Source of the DNA: an uncultured Gemmatimonadaceae bacterium
GTDB lineage: Bacteria; Gemmatimonadota; Gemmatimonadetes; Gemmatimonadales; Gemmatimonadaceae
NCBI GenBank assembly: GCA_963817955.1
Contig: CAWFQK010000002.1
Location: forward strand, 352,001-416,000
Direction: 5' to 3'
DNA length: 64,000 nucleotides
Part shown: positions 33,381 to 43,751 of the stretch, piece after piece
Numbering within the stretch: position 1 is the stretch's first letter
Layout of the letters: every line of letters starts with the position of its first letter
The notes under the pieces: generated by a model
Seen by the model: the letters and a program-made list of their open reading frames with translations, nothing else
What the model was told of the DNA's origin: nothing
Databases searched by the model: none
Translations under genes and position numbers: made by a program

Positions 33381-35447
33381 TCAGAGAATGCTCCAGAACT
33401 CCCGGCTGACATCGATATTGAACGTCCACCGGCCTCCACGTCCCACGCCGCGCGCGACGTCGACTCGGAGGAGATCGAACGGCGTGAGATACGCGGCCCC
33501 AATCGCTGGACGCACGCCGCCTCCATCGAGTATCACCCCGTGGACGTAGGGTGCAAACGTCCCGCGCGCCGGGACCCGCCCAAACCGACCGAGAGAAAAC
33601 GGAATGAACGGCGCAGGCAACCGCCACTCCAGATGTTCGGTCGCAGCCGCACGAGCCACGAGCGAATGGAAATCGTAGCCCGGCGCCGAGACGGAGCCGC
33701 CTAGCAACATCATCTCCTGAGGCGGATATCGTCCGGCCGATGTCCAGGTTCCGCCTATCGTTGTACGGCTCTCCAACCGTTGCGCGCCGAACGGCCGTTC
33801 GACGTTCACCGCAATGTGCCCGCGCATTGTCTGGAGATCGGTCCAGTCCAGCGCCGCGCCACCGAGACCGCGCGTCCAACGTGCTTCTCCGTCTGCGCTG
33901 ACTTCTGTCCCGAGAAATGACAGATGGGCAGGAAGCGAGCCGCTCAAGGCCGTTCGAGCGACGCGACCTGCAAAGGCTGCCACCGTCGGCTCAAAAGCAC
34001 CGACCACCGGCCGTGCGTGTACAGCCAGTGGATCCTGGCGCTCGACACCGGCATCGAGTCGCCACTGCGTTGCGCCGATCGCGGGAAAATCCAGCCCGAT
34101 CCCGCCGCCACGTACGAGGTACGGGTCGGTCTCGTCGCTGCCGAATTCCTGCGACGCCAGACTATTCATGACCGTCGAACGCTCAGGCTGGTCTCCGACA
34201 TCGCGAAAGTCGCGCATGGCAAACGCGTGTATGCCGAAACCCGATGCGTGCTGCCATGAGAGCGTTGCATTGCCCTTTACCGAATGATCGTCGACGCCAT
34301 AACGGGCATGCGTCGCGGCCCGAAACCCATTCCCGAACTGCTTGGCCAGGCCGTCGCCCACCGCAAAGCCTTCGACGCGGTTGAATCGGGCGATGTCCGA
34401 GACATTGCGCATCGACATCGTGACCTGCTGCGCGCGCGCGAGCGCTTGCGCCCGGACGAGCTGGTGCGCCTCCTCCTGCACGCGCTGAATGTCGGCGTCG
34501 GTGACGGCGCGAACGTCCGGCGGCAGCGAGTCGAGAATGGCGCCCTTCCAGACGTACTGTTTCAATTGCGACGGCGGCGCCTGCACAATCTCCGGACCGG
34601 TAAACACCGTCGGCGCCAGTGCCAGATTGAAGCGGTAGTCGCCAATCTCCCAACGCCCGCGAATGATCCCCCGCACCGGGTAGTCGAGCCACTCGCCCCC
34701 ACGTTGGATCTCCACTTCCTGCCTGCTGGGGAGCCAGAAACGCCCGCTCACCAGGCGGTTCTCCAGTACGACCGAGAGCTGCTCCAACGCCTGATCGATG
34801 AATGCGGCACGCGTGAAGCTGAAATTCATCCGGACCACCTGTGCTGTCGCCCGGTCGATATACACTGCACCCACGACCCTCGGCGCGCGGTCATTCTTCG
34901 GCCGGACCTTCACCTCGTAGACCTGAATGCGCTGCGTCCCGGAGCCGATGGCGAAACTGTCGGCCAGTGCGAAGTCGTACAGGGACGTTCCGCTCGGAGA
35001 GAGGGGATGCGGCACGTCGCGCACCTCATCGCCTTCGCCAATCCGGATGATGTTCGGGAAGTTGTTCTGGACGATACCGAGGTGGTCGCGGTGGTAGGCG
35101 ATATCGGTCGGCAGCAACAGCGTGTCGCGGCGGCCAACGATTCGCTGCTTGCTCTGATTGGGCGCGTGCCAGTAGACTTCGAGTTCCAATTCATCCGCCT
35201 TGATGATCTTGGGCGGCGTGCGGAAGCCTTGGCCAAGCTGCGCCAAAAAACTGACGTAGCCGTGCGCGGTAGCTTGGTAGTCCGTGAGGCCGGTGTCCGC
35301 GAGCTGCTGGGCGCGCCGTGTAATGGCGCGGTCGATCAGCGTGAGGCTGAGCGAATCATTCCACGTCTGGGCCGCTGCTGCCCGCGCCAGACTTACCACC
35401 ACGAAAATACAGCACGCGGCGCGGCGCGCTGCGAGGAATCGACGCAT
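33381..35447 (-). CDS. Large secreted / outer-membrane protein (C-terminal beta-barrel-like)
   Basis: Signal peptide ending AAAAQ, RFNRVEGFAVG motif, beta-strand-rich C-terminus. Confidence 0.7.
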   Translation of the reverse strand: MRRFLAARRAACCIFVVVSLARAAAAQTWNDSLSLTLIDRAITRRAQQLADTGLTDYQATAHGYVSFLAQLGQGFRTPPKIIKADELELEVYWHAPNQSKQRIVGRRDTLLLPTDIAYHRDHLGIVQNNFPNIIRIGEGDEVRDVPHPLSPSGTSLYDFALADSFAIGSGTQRIQVYEVKVRPKNDRAPRVVGAVYIDRATAQVVRMNFSFTRAAFIDQALEQLSVVLENRLVSGRFWLPSRQEVEIQRGGEWLDYPVRGIIRGRWEIGDYRFNLALAPTVFTGPEIVQAPPSQLKQYVWKGAILDSLPPDVRAVTDADIQRVQEEAHQLVRAQALARAQQVTMSMRNVSDIARFNRVEGFAVGDGLAKQFGNGFRAATHARYGVDDHSVKGNATLSWQHASGFGIHAFAMRDFRDVGDQPERSTVMNSLASQEFGSDETDPYLVRGGGIGLDFPAIGATQWRLDAGVERQDPLAVHARPVVGAFEPTVAAFAGRVARTALSGSLPAHLSFLGTEVSADGEARWTRGLGGAALDWTDLQTMRGHIAVNVERPFGAQRLESRTTIGGTWTSAGRYPPQEMMLLGGSVSAPGYDFHSLVARAAATEHLEWRLPAPFIPFSLGRFGRVPARGTFAPYVHGVILDGGGVRPAIGAAYLTPFDLLRVDVARGVGRGGRWTFNIDVSREFWSIL

Positions 35448-35516
35448 GATCTGCGAATATCGCCCGAGAGCACAGCGGGAGCAACCCATTCGGGCACAGT
35501 CGACGCAGGTGCTGGC

Positions 35517-37010
35517 GTGAACGCCCAGGAATTTTACGCGCATGCACGGGGTGCAAGCGGCCGATGTCTCATTCCCGTCTGGCGCGATGTGCTCCTCGAT
35601 ACAGAAACACCAGTGGCAGCGTTCGCCAAGTTGCGGAGCGGGCCCTTTGCGTTCCTGCTCGAATCGGCCCCAGCCGGGGGTGAGATGTGGGCGCGCTACA
35701 CGTTCATGGGCACTGCCCCGCGCAGCGCGTGGAAGCTGAAGGACGGCGTGGTGCAGGATTGGACGGAAGACCGAGGGTGGCACAACGACCGTCAGCCGGC
35801 CGATCCGCTGGATGATCTCGAAGCCCTGCTTCGCGAGTGCGAGCCGATCGACCTCCCGGAAATTGGCGAGTTCTGGAGCGGTGCCGTCGGATACTTCGGG
35901 TATGACGTGGCACGTGTCATCGAGATGCTTCCCGCGCCGCCCGCGCGCGGGCTGGATGTGCCCGATGCGCTATTCGTCTTTACCGACGCATTGGTCATCT
36001 TCGACAACCTGCGCTCGCAGGCGCGCGTGGTGGTCGCGGCGCGGGTTGCGGCAGGCGCCTCGGACGAGGATCTCAACCTCGCGTACACCCGCGCCGTCGA
36101 AACAATCGACGCCACGATGGACCGGCTCCGTGGACCGTCCGTGCTGGAACCGCTCGAGCTCAATCCGTCGAAACCCGCAGCCGAAGGAACGTCGCGGTAC
36201 GACAAGGCAAAGTTCCTCGAGGACGTGGACCGCATTCGCGAGTACATCATTGCTGGCGATGCGTTTCAGGTGCAGCTCGCGCGACGAATCGACGTGCCAT
36301 TCGACTTCTCCTCCACCGATCTGTATCGCGCCCTGCGGGTGATCAATCCGTCGCCGTACATGTACCACCTCGTGCTCGACGGCGTCGAGATCGTTGGCAG
36401 CTCGCCGGAACTGCTCGTACGAGTCAGCGCGGGTGGCACGGTCACCTTGCGCCCGATTGCCGGCACGCGTCGGCGCGGACGCACGCTCGAGGACGACGCC
36501 GCGATGACCGAGGAGCTCCTGGCGGACGAGAAGGAGCGCGCCGAACATCTGATGCTGGTCGATCTCGGCCGCAATGATGTCGGCCGAATCGCCACGTATG
36601 GCACAGTGCGCGTTACCGAGCTGATGGTCGTGGAGCGTTACTCCCACGTTTTGCACCTGGTGAGCCAGGTAGATGGCACGCTCCGGCCGGGCCTCACCGC
36701 CATGGATGCATTCCGGGCCAGCTTTCCCGCCGGAACGCTGACCGGTGCCCCCAAGGTGCGAGCCATGGAGATCATCGACGAAATGGAGCCGGAGCGGCGC
36801 GGGCCTTACGGGGGCGCTGTCGGCTACATTAGCGCCGGCGTGCGGCGCATGGACCTCGCGATCACCATCCGGACGTGCGTGATCGCCAACGGCATCGCCT
36901 CAGTGCAAGCGGCCGCCGGTATCGTCTACGATTCGATTCCCGAACGCGAGTTCCTGGAGCATCAGAACAAGGCGCGCGCGCTGCTGACGGCCATTGGCCA
37001 GGTGCGATGA
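35517..37010 (+). CDS. trpE: Anthranilate synthase component I
   Basis: FLLESA, NPSPYMY, SSPELLV, PIAGTRRRG, EHLMLVDLGRND, GTLTGAPKVRAM. No trpG adjacent. Confidence 0.88.
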   Translation: MNAQEFYAHARGASGRCLIPVWRDVLLDTETPVAAFAKLRSGPFAFLLESAPAGGEMWARYTFMGTAPRSAWKLKDGVVQDWTEDRGWHNDRQPADPLDDLEALLRECEPIDLPEIGEFWSGAVGYFGYDVARVIEMLPAPPARGLDVPDALFVFTDALVIFDNLRSQARVVVAARVAAGASDEDLNLAYTRAVETIDATMDRLRGPSVLEPLELNPSKPAAEGTSRYDKAKFLEDVDRIREYIIAGDAFQVQLARRIDVPFDFSSTDLYRALRVINPSPYMYHLVLDGVEIVGSSPELLVRVSAGGTVTLRPIAGTRRRGRTLEDDAAMTEELLADEKERAEHLMLVDLGRNDVGRIATYGTVRVTELMVVERYSHVLHLVSQVDGTLRPGLTAMDAFRASFPAGTLTGAPKVRAMEIIDEMEPERRGPYGGAVGYISAGVRRMDLAITIRTCVIANGIASVQAAAGIVYDSIPEREFLEHQNKARALLTAIGQVR

Positions 37011-37074
37011 AGAGGAGCCGCCAACAGGTTCAGAACCAAGCCGAACAACGGAGTTGCTCCGGCAGTCCCTTTCT

Positions 37075-37123
37075 TCTAGCGTCTAGCGTCTAGCATCTAG
37101 CGTGTAACGTCTAGCGTCTATCG
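37075..37123. repeat. 7 x 7-nt tandem repeat (TCTAGCG)
   Basis: tctagcg tctagcg tctagca tctagcg tgtaacg tctagcg tctatcg. Confidence 0.85.
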
Positions 37124-37138
37124 CCTGGTACCTTCCCG

Positions 37139-38731
37139 ATGCCCTTCAAGCTGACCTCTACCGACGGCCTGCATTCGTTCGAGCTGCGTGAAGGTACGCC
37201 AATCGTCATCGGTCGTGCGCCAACCAGCGACATCCCGATCATCGATCCGACCATCTCGCGCCGTCACGCCGAAGTGGAGTGCAACAAGGGTCTCGTGACC
37301 GTGCGAGATCTTGGATCGAGTAACGGCACCTTCCTGAACGGCACGCGTGTCGATACGGCGGCCGTCGGCCCAGGGGACGTCCTGACGTTCGGCAAGGTCG
37401 GTTTCCGGCTGCACCAGCTCGCGGCTATACCGGCGCCCGCCGCCACACCGCCCCCCCCGCCCCCGGGAGCCACGATCGTCCGCCAGCTCCCCGTTCGCGA
37501 TCCCGGGGCGACGATCGCCGGTCTGCAAAGCCCTCTGAATGCCCCCACCGCGCCTAGCTGGCAACACGACCGCGCGCCGCTCGACAAGAGTCGGCAGAAG
37601 CTCGCCACGCTCCTCGAAGTCTCGAAGGGCCTCGGCAAGACTGCGGACATCGACGCGCTGCTCGACAAGATCGTCAGCTACGCGTATCAAATACTCGAAG
37701 TCGATCGCGTCGCCATCTTGCTCACCGAAGATGGCGGCGAGCTCGTGCCGAAGATCGCGCGTGACAAGCGCGGTGGCGACTCGACGCGTGCGGTCCCGCA
37801 GTCGATCGCCCGCACCGCGCTCAAGGACAAGGTTGCCATCCTGTCTGACAATGCCGGCGAGGACACACGTTTTGGCGGGCATTCGATCCTCATGCAGCAG
37901 ATTCGCTCCGCGATCTGCGTTCCGCTCATCGGCAGCGAGGACAAGGCGCTGGGTATTCTGTACGTCGACAACGTCACGACGACACACCGGTTCAGTGATG
38001 AGGACTTCGAGTTTTGCATCGCGTTCGCCGGCATCGCCGCGGTCGCCATCGACAACGGGCAGTTCGCTCAACGGATCCAGCGCGAGCTCCTGACACGCAG
38101 CAACTTCGAACGATTCTTCACGCCGCAACTCGCGAAGCGAATCGCCGAATCCTCGGAGACCATTCGTCTAGGCGGCGACAAACGACAGGTCGCCGTGCTG
38201 TTCACGGACATCCGCGGCTTCACCGCGATGGCGGAATCCATGCGGCCGGACGACATGGCGAGCCTACTCACCGAGTACCTGACGCAAATGGTCGACTGCG
38301 TGTTCCGCTACGAGGGCACGCTCGACAAGTTCATCGGCGATTCGGTCATGGCGCAGTGGGGCGCGCCGATCGGTGGCCCCGACGACGCCGACAAGGCGAT
38401 GTCAGCGGCAATCGATATGATGCACGAGCTCGACAAACTGAACGCTCGCTGGCAGACCGAAGGACGCCCACAACTCCAGCACGGCATCGGTCTCAATTTT
38501 GGTGAAGCGTTCGCCGGCAATATTGGATCGGAGCGCCGTCTCGAGTTCACGGTCATTGGCGACACGGTCAACACGGCGGCACGACTTTGCGCAGCCGCCG
38601 ACGGCGAAATTCTCCTCTCCGACGACTTCCGCAAAATGTTGAGCAAGCCGCCGTCGCTCGAGGAGTGCCCCCCCATGGAGTTCAAGAACAAGAGTCAGCC
38701 GGTCACGGTCTATCGGGTCGTGCTCGGTTGA
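37139..38731 (+). CDS. FHA-GAF-class III adenylate/guanylate cyclase
   Basis: FHA (IGR, ISRRHA, DLGSSNGTFLNG), GAF, FTDIRGFT, DKFIGD, TVIGDTVNTAARL. Confidence 0.92.
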   Translation: MPFKLTSTDGLHSFELREGTPIVIGRAPTSDIPIIDPTISRRHAEVECNKGLVTVRDLGSSNGTFLNGTRVDTAAVGPGDVLTFGKVGFRLHQLAAIPAPAATPPPPPPGATIVRQLPVRDPGATIAGLQSPLNAPTAPSWQHDRAPLDKSRQKLATLLEVSKGLGKTADIDALLDKIVSYAYQILEVDRVAILLTEDGGELVPKIARDKRGGDSTRAVPQSIARTALKDKVAILSDNAGEDTRFGGHSILMQQIRSAICVPLIGSEDKALGILYVDNVTTTHRFSDEDFEFCIAFAGIAAVAIDNGQFAQRIQRELLTRSNFERFFTPQLAKRIAESSETIRLGGDKRQVAVLFTDIRGFTAMAESMRPDDMASLLTEYLTQMVDCVFRYEGTLDKFIGDSVMAQWGAPIGGPDDADKAMSAAIDMMHELDKLNARWQTEGRPQLQHGIGLNFGEAFAGNIGSERRLEFTVIGDTVNTAARLCAAADGEILLSDDFRKMLSKPPSLEECPPMEFKNKSQPVTVYRVVLG

Positions 38732-39513
38732 TGGCTGACGCTGAGCTGCCCGCAGGGTTCGTCAGCTTCAGCGTCGGACGCTCTGAGGTCGTGTGCGCCA
38801 ACCACATTGCAGACTCGCTGCGCGAAGTCCTGCGCGCAACGACGCTCCACGAGTATGCGGCCCTGCATCCCACGGCGCGTACCCTCGTCGGACGCGGCAT
38901 CGTGTACGCCGTTCCTTTGCCGGGTGGCGTCGAGCAGGTCGTCGTGCGACACAACCGGCATGGAGGGTTGTTCGCATCGTTCACCGGCGATCTCTTCCTA
39001 CCGCCCACCCGCGCGCCACGCGAGCTTCGCATCTCGCAGCGGCTGCTCGCCAGCGGCGTTCACACGCCGCAGATCCTCGCCTATGTGTCGTATCTGACGG
39101 TGATCGGTCTGCGCCGGGTCGACGTCGTGAGCCGAGAAGTGACCGACAGTTCCGACCTGTCGTATGCGTTGATGACAGGCGATCCAGCCGCTCGCAAGCG
39201 TGCCTTGAGCGCCACCGCCGATCTGATCAATGCGCTCAGCGCCGCCAGTGCGCGTCATCACGATCTCAACGTGAAGAACGTACTGCTGCGCGAGCACGGC
39301 GGCGCTGCGTCAGACGCTCTCGTGCTCGACGTGGACCGCGTCAGCTTCGTGTCGAACGCGGCGGCGGCGCGTCAGGGAAATCTCTCGCGCCTGCTGCGAT
39401 CGGCGACGAAATGGCAAGCCGAGCGAGGCGCTCAGGTTACCAGCGCCGAATTGGCCGCCTTCGCGGCGGCGGTACGCGACGTAGGCGTCGCTCCGCGCAT
39501 GACACTCTCGTAG
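38731..39513 (+). CDS. Kdo kinase / lipopolysaccharide kinase (KdkA/InaA family)
   Basis: VVRHNRHGG, HHDLNVKNVL, LDVDR, NLSRLLRS. TGATG coupling to cyclase. Confidence 0.82.
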   Translation: MADAELPAGFVSFSVGRSEVVCANHIADSLREVLRATTLHEYAALHPTARTLVGRGIVYAVPLPGGVEQVVVRHNRHGGLFASFTGDLFLPPTRAPRELRISQRLLASGVHTPQILAYVSYLTVIGLRRVDVVSREVTDSSDLSYALMTGDPAARKRALSATADLINALSAASARHHDLNVKNVLLREHGGAASDALVLDVDRVSFVSNAAAARQGNLSRLLRSATKWQAERGAQVTSAELAAFAAAVRDVGVAPRMTLS

Positions 39514-40571
39514 ACGGCGAGAGTGCGATCGGTCATGCGTTCCACGGAGAATTGGCCCGCCCGCGCACGGGCGTCCGCCGCGACCCGCGCGTGGAGCACT
39601 GGATCGGTGAGCAACCGCACGATCGCATCACCGAGTGCCAATGGATCGCTCGTCGGCGCGAGCAACCCTGAAACGCCGTCCTCGACGACCTCTGGAATGC
39701 CCCCGGCTCGCGTGGCAGCGATCGGAACGCCGAACGTGAGTGCGTCGAGCAGCACTGACCCCATCCCCTCTTCGCGCGAGCTGAGACAGGCGACGTCCGC
39801 TGCCGCGAGCAGCGCATCGGCGTCGGTGCGATACCCGGTAAGTCGCACGGTCGTTTGCAGGCCGAGCGTTTCTATCTCACGCTCCACGTCCATCCGCAGC
39901 GGCCCCTCTCCGACCAGGAGCGCCTGTACGGCAGGCAGCCGTTCGCGCACGCGCGACAAGGCGCGTACGAAGTTCACCGGGTCCTTGTGTCCCACGAGCT
40001 GCGCCACCTGCACCACGAGTGGGGCAGCGGTCACGCCCAGCGTCTTGAGGACGGCCCGGGACGCCGGCTCGACGCACCGCTGCGTGTCCACGCCGTCCGG
40101 CACGACACGAATCTTCGAATGCGCAATGCCACAGCCCTCGAGGACACGCGCCACGGCCTCCGAGACTGCGACGATGACCGCCGCTCGTCCGTACTTCCAA
40201 CGGGTGCCGACATTTCGGCGCAGGGGGAAGTCCACGCGCCGCGAGACAACGAGCGATACCGCCGTGCCGAGCGTCGCCAGCGCCGAGATGGCAACGGCAT
40301 GGCCCGTATGCGCGTGCACGATGTCAATGCATCGCGAGCGGATCGTGCCACGCAACCGCCAAGCCGCCCTGAGGTCGGCCTCGCTGAACGGACTGCAGTC
40401 CGTGACGGCGAGTCCCGCGTCTTCAGCGGCATGCGCCAGCAGCTCGCCACGCCTCACCGCGAGCACAGACCCATGACCGCGCCGCGCCAGCTCGCGGGCC
40501 AGCCAGAAGGCTTGCCGCTCACCACCGCGCCAACCGCGCTCGGTATCGACGTGCAGCACGCGAAAGGTCAC
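39432..40571 (-). CDS. GT4 glycosyltransferase
   Basis: HVDTERGWRGGERQ, VSRRVDF, EEGMGSVLLDA, GGIPEV. Confidence 0.88.
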   Translation of the reverse strand: MTFRVLHVDTERGWRGGERQAFWLARELARRGHGSVLAVRRGELLAHAAEDAGLAVTDCSPFSEADLRAAWRLRGTIRSRCIDIVHAHTGHAVAISALATLGTAVSLVVSRRVDFPLRRNVGTRWKYGRAAVIVAVSEAVARVLEGCGIAHSKIRVVPDGVDTQRCVEPASRAVLKTLGVTAAPLVVQVAQLVGHKDPVNFVRALSRVRERLPAVQALLVGEGPLRMDVEREIETLGLQTTVRLTGYRTDADALLAAADVACLSSREEGMGSVLLDALTFGVPIAATRAGGIPEVVEDGVSGLLAPTSDPLALGDAIVRLLTDPVLHARVAADARARAGQFSVERMTDRTLAVYESVMRGATPTSRTAAAKAANSALVT

Positions 40572-40598
40572 GCGGCGCAACTTCCCCTGTCCGGCCGT

Positions 40599-41582
40599 GT
40601 GGCGCAAGTGCGGCGAATCCTTCTCGTCTCGCTCGACAATCTCGGCGACCTTGTCTTCGCCTCGGCGCTCACGCCCCCCCTGCACGCCGCGTTCCCGGAC
40701 GCGATCATCGATGTCTGGTGTAAGTCGTACACATCACCGGTCGCATCGCTCATTCCGCACGTGCGCCAGGTGATCGCCGCCGATCCGTTGTGGGCCATTG
40801 CCAAGCATGGCCCCAGACCGCGGCTCGCGTCACTGATTCGCGCCATCGGAACGCTTCGCGGCAATCGCTACGACGCCGCCATCCTCAGCGAGGCGCCCTG
40901 GCGAACGGCCGCGGCGGTCGCCGCGACAGCGACGCCCATCCGCATAGGCCTCGCACGCCATCACAATGCACGATTTCTCACACACGTCCTGCCGCCAGAA
41001 GATGCACACAAAGCGGTCGTGCAGGAGCAATCGCGTCTCCTGTCAATCTTCGGCATTGCCGTCGCGTCCGCGCACTACGCGCTCGATGCGACGCTTCTGT
41101 CGGATTTGCGTCAAGTGATCGGCATGCAGCTGCCAGGGCGATTCATCGCGCTGCATCCGTTCGCCACTTCGCGGGACCGCTGCGTGCCACTCGCCGAATG
41201 GACCCGGCTTGCGTCCGCGCTGCACGACCACGGCGTCGCGGTACTCTGGGTGGGCACGTCCGCCGAACTCGCCGAGCTCCGTGGCTCGTACACGCAGCCG
41301 CGCGACCATTACTCCGATCAGCTCGGGGATGGAACCCTGCGCGACAGCGCCGCGGCTCTCTCCCTCGCAGCAGGATTCGTCGGACACGATTCCGGGCCAC
41401 TGCACGTGGCCGCCGCGTTCGGCGTGCCGGTAGTCGGCGTCTTCGCGCCAGGGCAGCCCGACCGCACGTTCCCACAGGGCCCAGGACCCTGGCGCGTGAT
41501 TCATCGTCCCTCGCCCGCTGGCATCGATGCCGGCACCATCCTCCGCGAGATGCACGCGCTCGGTCTATTTTCCGCTGTATGA
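40599..41582 (+). CDS. GT9 (LPS heptosyltransferase family) glycosyltransferase
   Basis: DNLGDLV, GHDSGPLHVAAAFGVPVVGVF. Confidence 0.88.
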   Translation: MAQVRRILLVSLDNLGDLVFASALTPPLHAAFPDAIIDVWCKSYTSPVASLIPHVRQVIAADPLWAIAKHGPRPRLASLIRAIGTLRGNRYDAAILSEAPWRTAAAVAATATPIRIGLARHHNARFLTHVLPPEDAHKAVVQEQSRLLSIFGIAVASAHYALDATLLSDLRQVIGMQLPGRFIALHPFATSRDRCVPLAEWTRLASALHDHGVAVLWVGTSAELAELRGSYTQPRDHYSDQLGDGTLRDSAAALSLAAGFVGHDSGPLHVAAAFGVPVVGVFAPGQPDRTFPQGPGPWRVIHRPSPAGIDAGTILREMHALGLFSAV

Positions 41583-42634
41583 TCGACGTCCCCACCCCTC
41601 TGCGCCGCGTGTGCATCGTCATGATGAGCGCGGTCGGCGACGCTGTCCACGTGCTGCCGGTGCTCAATGCGCTCAAACGGCACGCGCCTGCCGTCCACGT
41701 TACCTGGGTCCTGCAACCCGGGCCGGCGACACTCGTCCGTGGCCATCGGTCGGTCGATGACATTCTGATCTTCGATCGCGCAGAGGGATGGCGTGCCTTT
41801 CAGGCGATTCGCCAGCAACTCGCCGCGCGCACCTTCGACCTCGTGATCGACCTGCAGGTCTACTTCAAGGCGGGTCTGGTCACGAGGTTCACGCATGCGT
41901 CGGTGAAACTTGGGTTCGACCGCGCTCGTGCACGTGATTTCAACTGGCTGTTCACCACAGATCGCATTCCGTCGCATCCTGTGCAGCACGTACAGGATCA
42001 GTACTTCGAGTTCCTCACGGCACTCGACGTTCCGCATGAGCGCGTGGAATGGGACCTCGGCCCCTGGCCGCAGGAGCGGACTTGGCAACGCAACTTCGCT
42101 TCGCAGTTCGAGCGTCCGCTGGCGGCACTAGTTGTCGCGACGAGCAAGGCGCAAAAAGACTGGATGCCGGAACGCTGGGCGGAAGTCGCGGATGCCCTGT
42201 GGCATGACTTCGGAATGCAGCCGGTACTCGTCGGAGGGCGCTCGTCGCGCGAACTGCACGCCGAGCAAATCATCATGGCGCGCGCGCTTCGCCGGCCGCA
42301 TTCCGCGCTCGGCAGCGGGCTGCGCAATCTCGTCGGCATCCTTGACGCATCGTCGCTCGTGCTCGCGCCGGACACCGGGCCGCTGCACATGGCCGTGGCG
42401 CTCGACCGCCCTCTGGTCAGCCTCATGGGATACACGAACCCGAAGCGCACCGGCCCGTATCGCAAATTCCACGATCTGATCGTGGACGCCTACGGCAACC
42501 CGGGCGAGGACTACCCGATCAGCATGGAGAATCGGCTCGACCGCATGCCGCGCATTGCCGTGCGCGATGTGCTCGACAAGGTCGAGCGCTGGCGCACCTG
42601 CTACTCGTCGGCCCCCACCGGGCCGAAGTTGTAG
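41579..42634 (+). CDS. GT9 (LPS heptosyltransferase family) glycosyltransferase
   Basis: SAVGDAVH, IDLQ, PDTGPLHMAVA, TNPKRTGPY. Confidence 0.9.
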   Translation: MIDVPTPLRRVCIVMMSAVGDAVHVLPVLNALKRHAPAVHVTWVLQPGPATLVRGHRSVDDILIFDRAEGWRAFQAIRQQLAARTFDLVIDLQVYFKAGLVTRFTHASVKLGFDRARARDFNWLFTTDRIPSHPVQHVQDQYFEFLTALDVPHERVEWDLGPWPQERTWQRNFASQFERPLAALVVATSKAQKDWMPERWAEVADALWHDFGMQPVLVGGRSSRELHAEQIIMARALRRPHSALGSGLRNLVGILDASSLVLAPDTGPLHMAVALDRPLVSLMGYTNPKRTGPYRKFHDLIVDAYGNPGEDYPISMENRLDRMPRIAVRDVLDKVERWRTCYSSAPTGPKL

Positions 42635-43194
42635 CGCAAGCCGACCTGTCGCAGGAGACGCACCATCCGATTGAGCGGGAGCCCCATCACGGCGAAGTAG
42701 TCGCCGTCGACACGGTCGACGATCGTCGCACCAAAGCCCTGGATACCGTACGCGCCCGCTTTGTCCATCGGCTCGCCCGTGTCGATGTAATGTTCGATGT
42801 CGTCCTCACTCAGTTGGCGGAACGTGACGCCAACCTCCTCGAGTCCAGAGGCGAGCACGCCGCCCCAGCACACCGCCACTCCCGTCATCACCACGTGCGA
42901 CCGCCCGCTCAGCCGCCGCAGCATGTCGGCTGCCTCGCGCCGGTCGCGCGGCTTGCCAAGTACGGCACCGTCGACGACGACTATCGTGTCGCTGCCAATG
43001 GTCACCGCGTGCGGTGCCTCGACGGCTGTCGCCTTTTCACAGGCGAGTCGCTCCGCATGCTGCCGAGGCGTCTCACCATCGAGGTACACCTCGTCGATGT
43101 TCGCCGGCCGCACCTCGTGCGGAATGCCGATGAGTGTCAACAGTTCGTGCCGCCGCGGCGAGGCCGACGCGAGGATGACGGGCGGTTGCGTCAT
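42601..43194 (-). CDS. maf: Maf-family nucleoside triphosphate pyrophosphatase
   Basis: ILASASPRR, SDTIV, LGKP, DKAGAYGIQG, VMGLP. Confidence 0.95.
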   Translation of the reverse strand: MTQPPVILASASPRRHELLTLIGIPHEVRPANIDEVYLDGETPRQHAERLACEKATAVEAPHAVTIGSDTIVVVDGAVLGKPRDRREAADMLRRLSGRSHVVMTGVAVCWGGVLASGLEEVGVTFRQLSEDDIEHYIDTGEPMDKAGAYGIQGFGATIVDRVDGDYFAVMGLPLNRMVRLLRQVGLRYNFGPVGADE

Positions 43195-43628
43195 CGATCG
43201 AGCCACAGGGTCACCGGTCCGTCGTTCACGAGTTCCACGGCCATCATCGCGCCGAATTCTCCTGTCTCGGTGTGAATACCGCGACCGCGCAGTAGGGCGA
43301 CGAATCGCTCGTACAACGGAATTGCCACCTCGGGACGCGCCGCATCAGTGAAGCTGGGCCGGCGTCCCTTCACAACATCGCCATACAACGTGAACTGCGA
43401 CACGACGAGCAATTCGCCACCGACGTCGCCCAGCGATCGGTTCATTTTGTCATCATCGTCAGGGAATATTCGCAATCCCACGACTTTGTCCGCCATCCAG
43501 ACGAGCTGCCCTTCCGCATCGGTATCGGTGAATCCGACCAGCAGGAGAAGCCCGCGCCCGATACGGCCGGCTACCTGGTCGCCTATTCGGACCTCGGCCC
43601 GAGATACGCGCTGAAGGAGTACTCGCAT
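43191..43628 (-). CDS. dtd: D-aminoacyl-tRNA deacylase
   Basis: MRVLLQRV, VSQFTL, GRRPSF, NDGPVT. Confidence 0.96.
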   Translation of the reverse strand: MRVLLQRVSRAEVRIGDQVAGRIGRGLLLLVGFTDTDAEGQLVWMADKVVGLRIFPDDDDKMNRSLGDVGGELLVVSQFTLYGDVVKGRRPSFTDAARPEVAIPLYERFVALLRGRGIHTETGEFGAMMAVELVNDGPVTLWLDR

Positions 43629-43751
43629 GAAGATTGGTGGAGACGATTGAGGCGATAAGCTAACTACGACTTCCCGAGATCGCGGCACATAGGTGCTTGC
43701 GGTTTGAGCGCTAATGAGTGCATCCTGTCTGCTCACCGCTGCCGATAACGG

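Noticed and set aside
34284..35516. Long N-terminal extension on TrpE (908-aa ORF)
   Set aside because: Antisense to the outer-membrane protein gene; TrpE similarity starts near GTG 35517.
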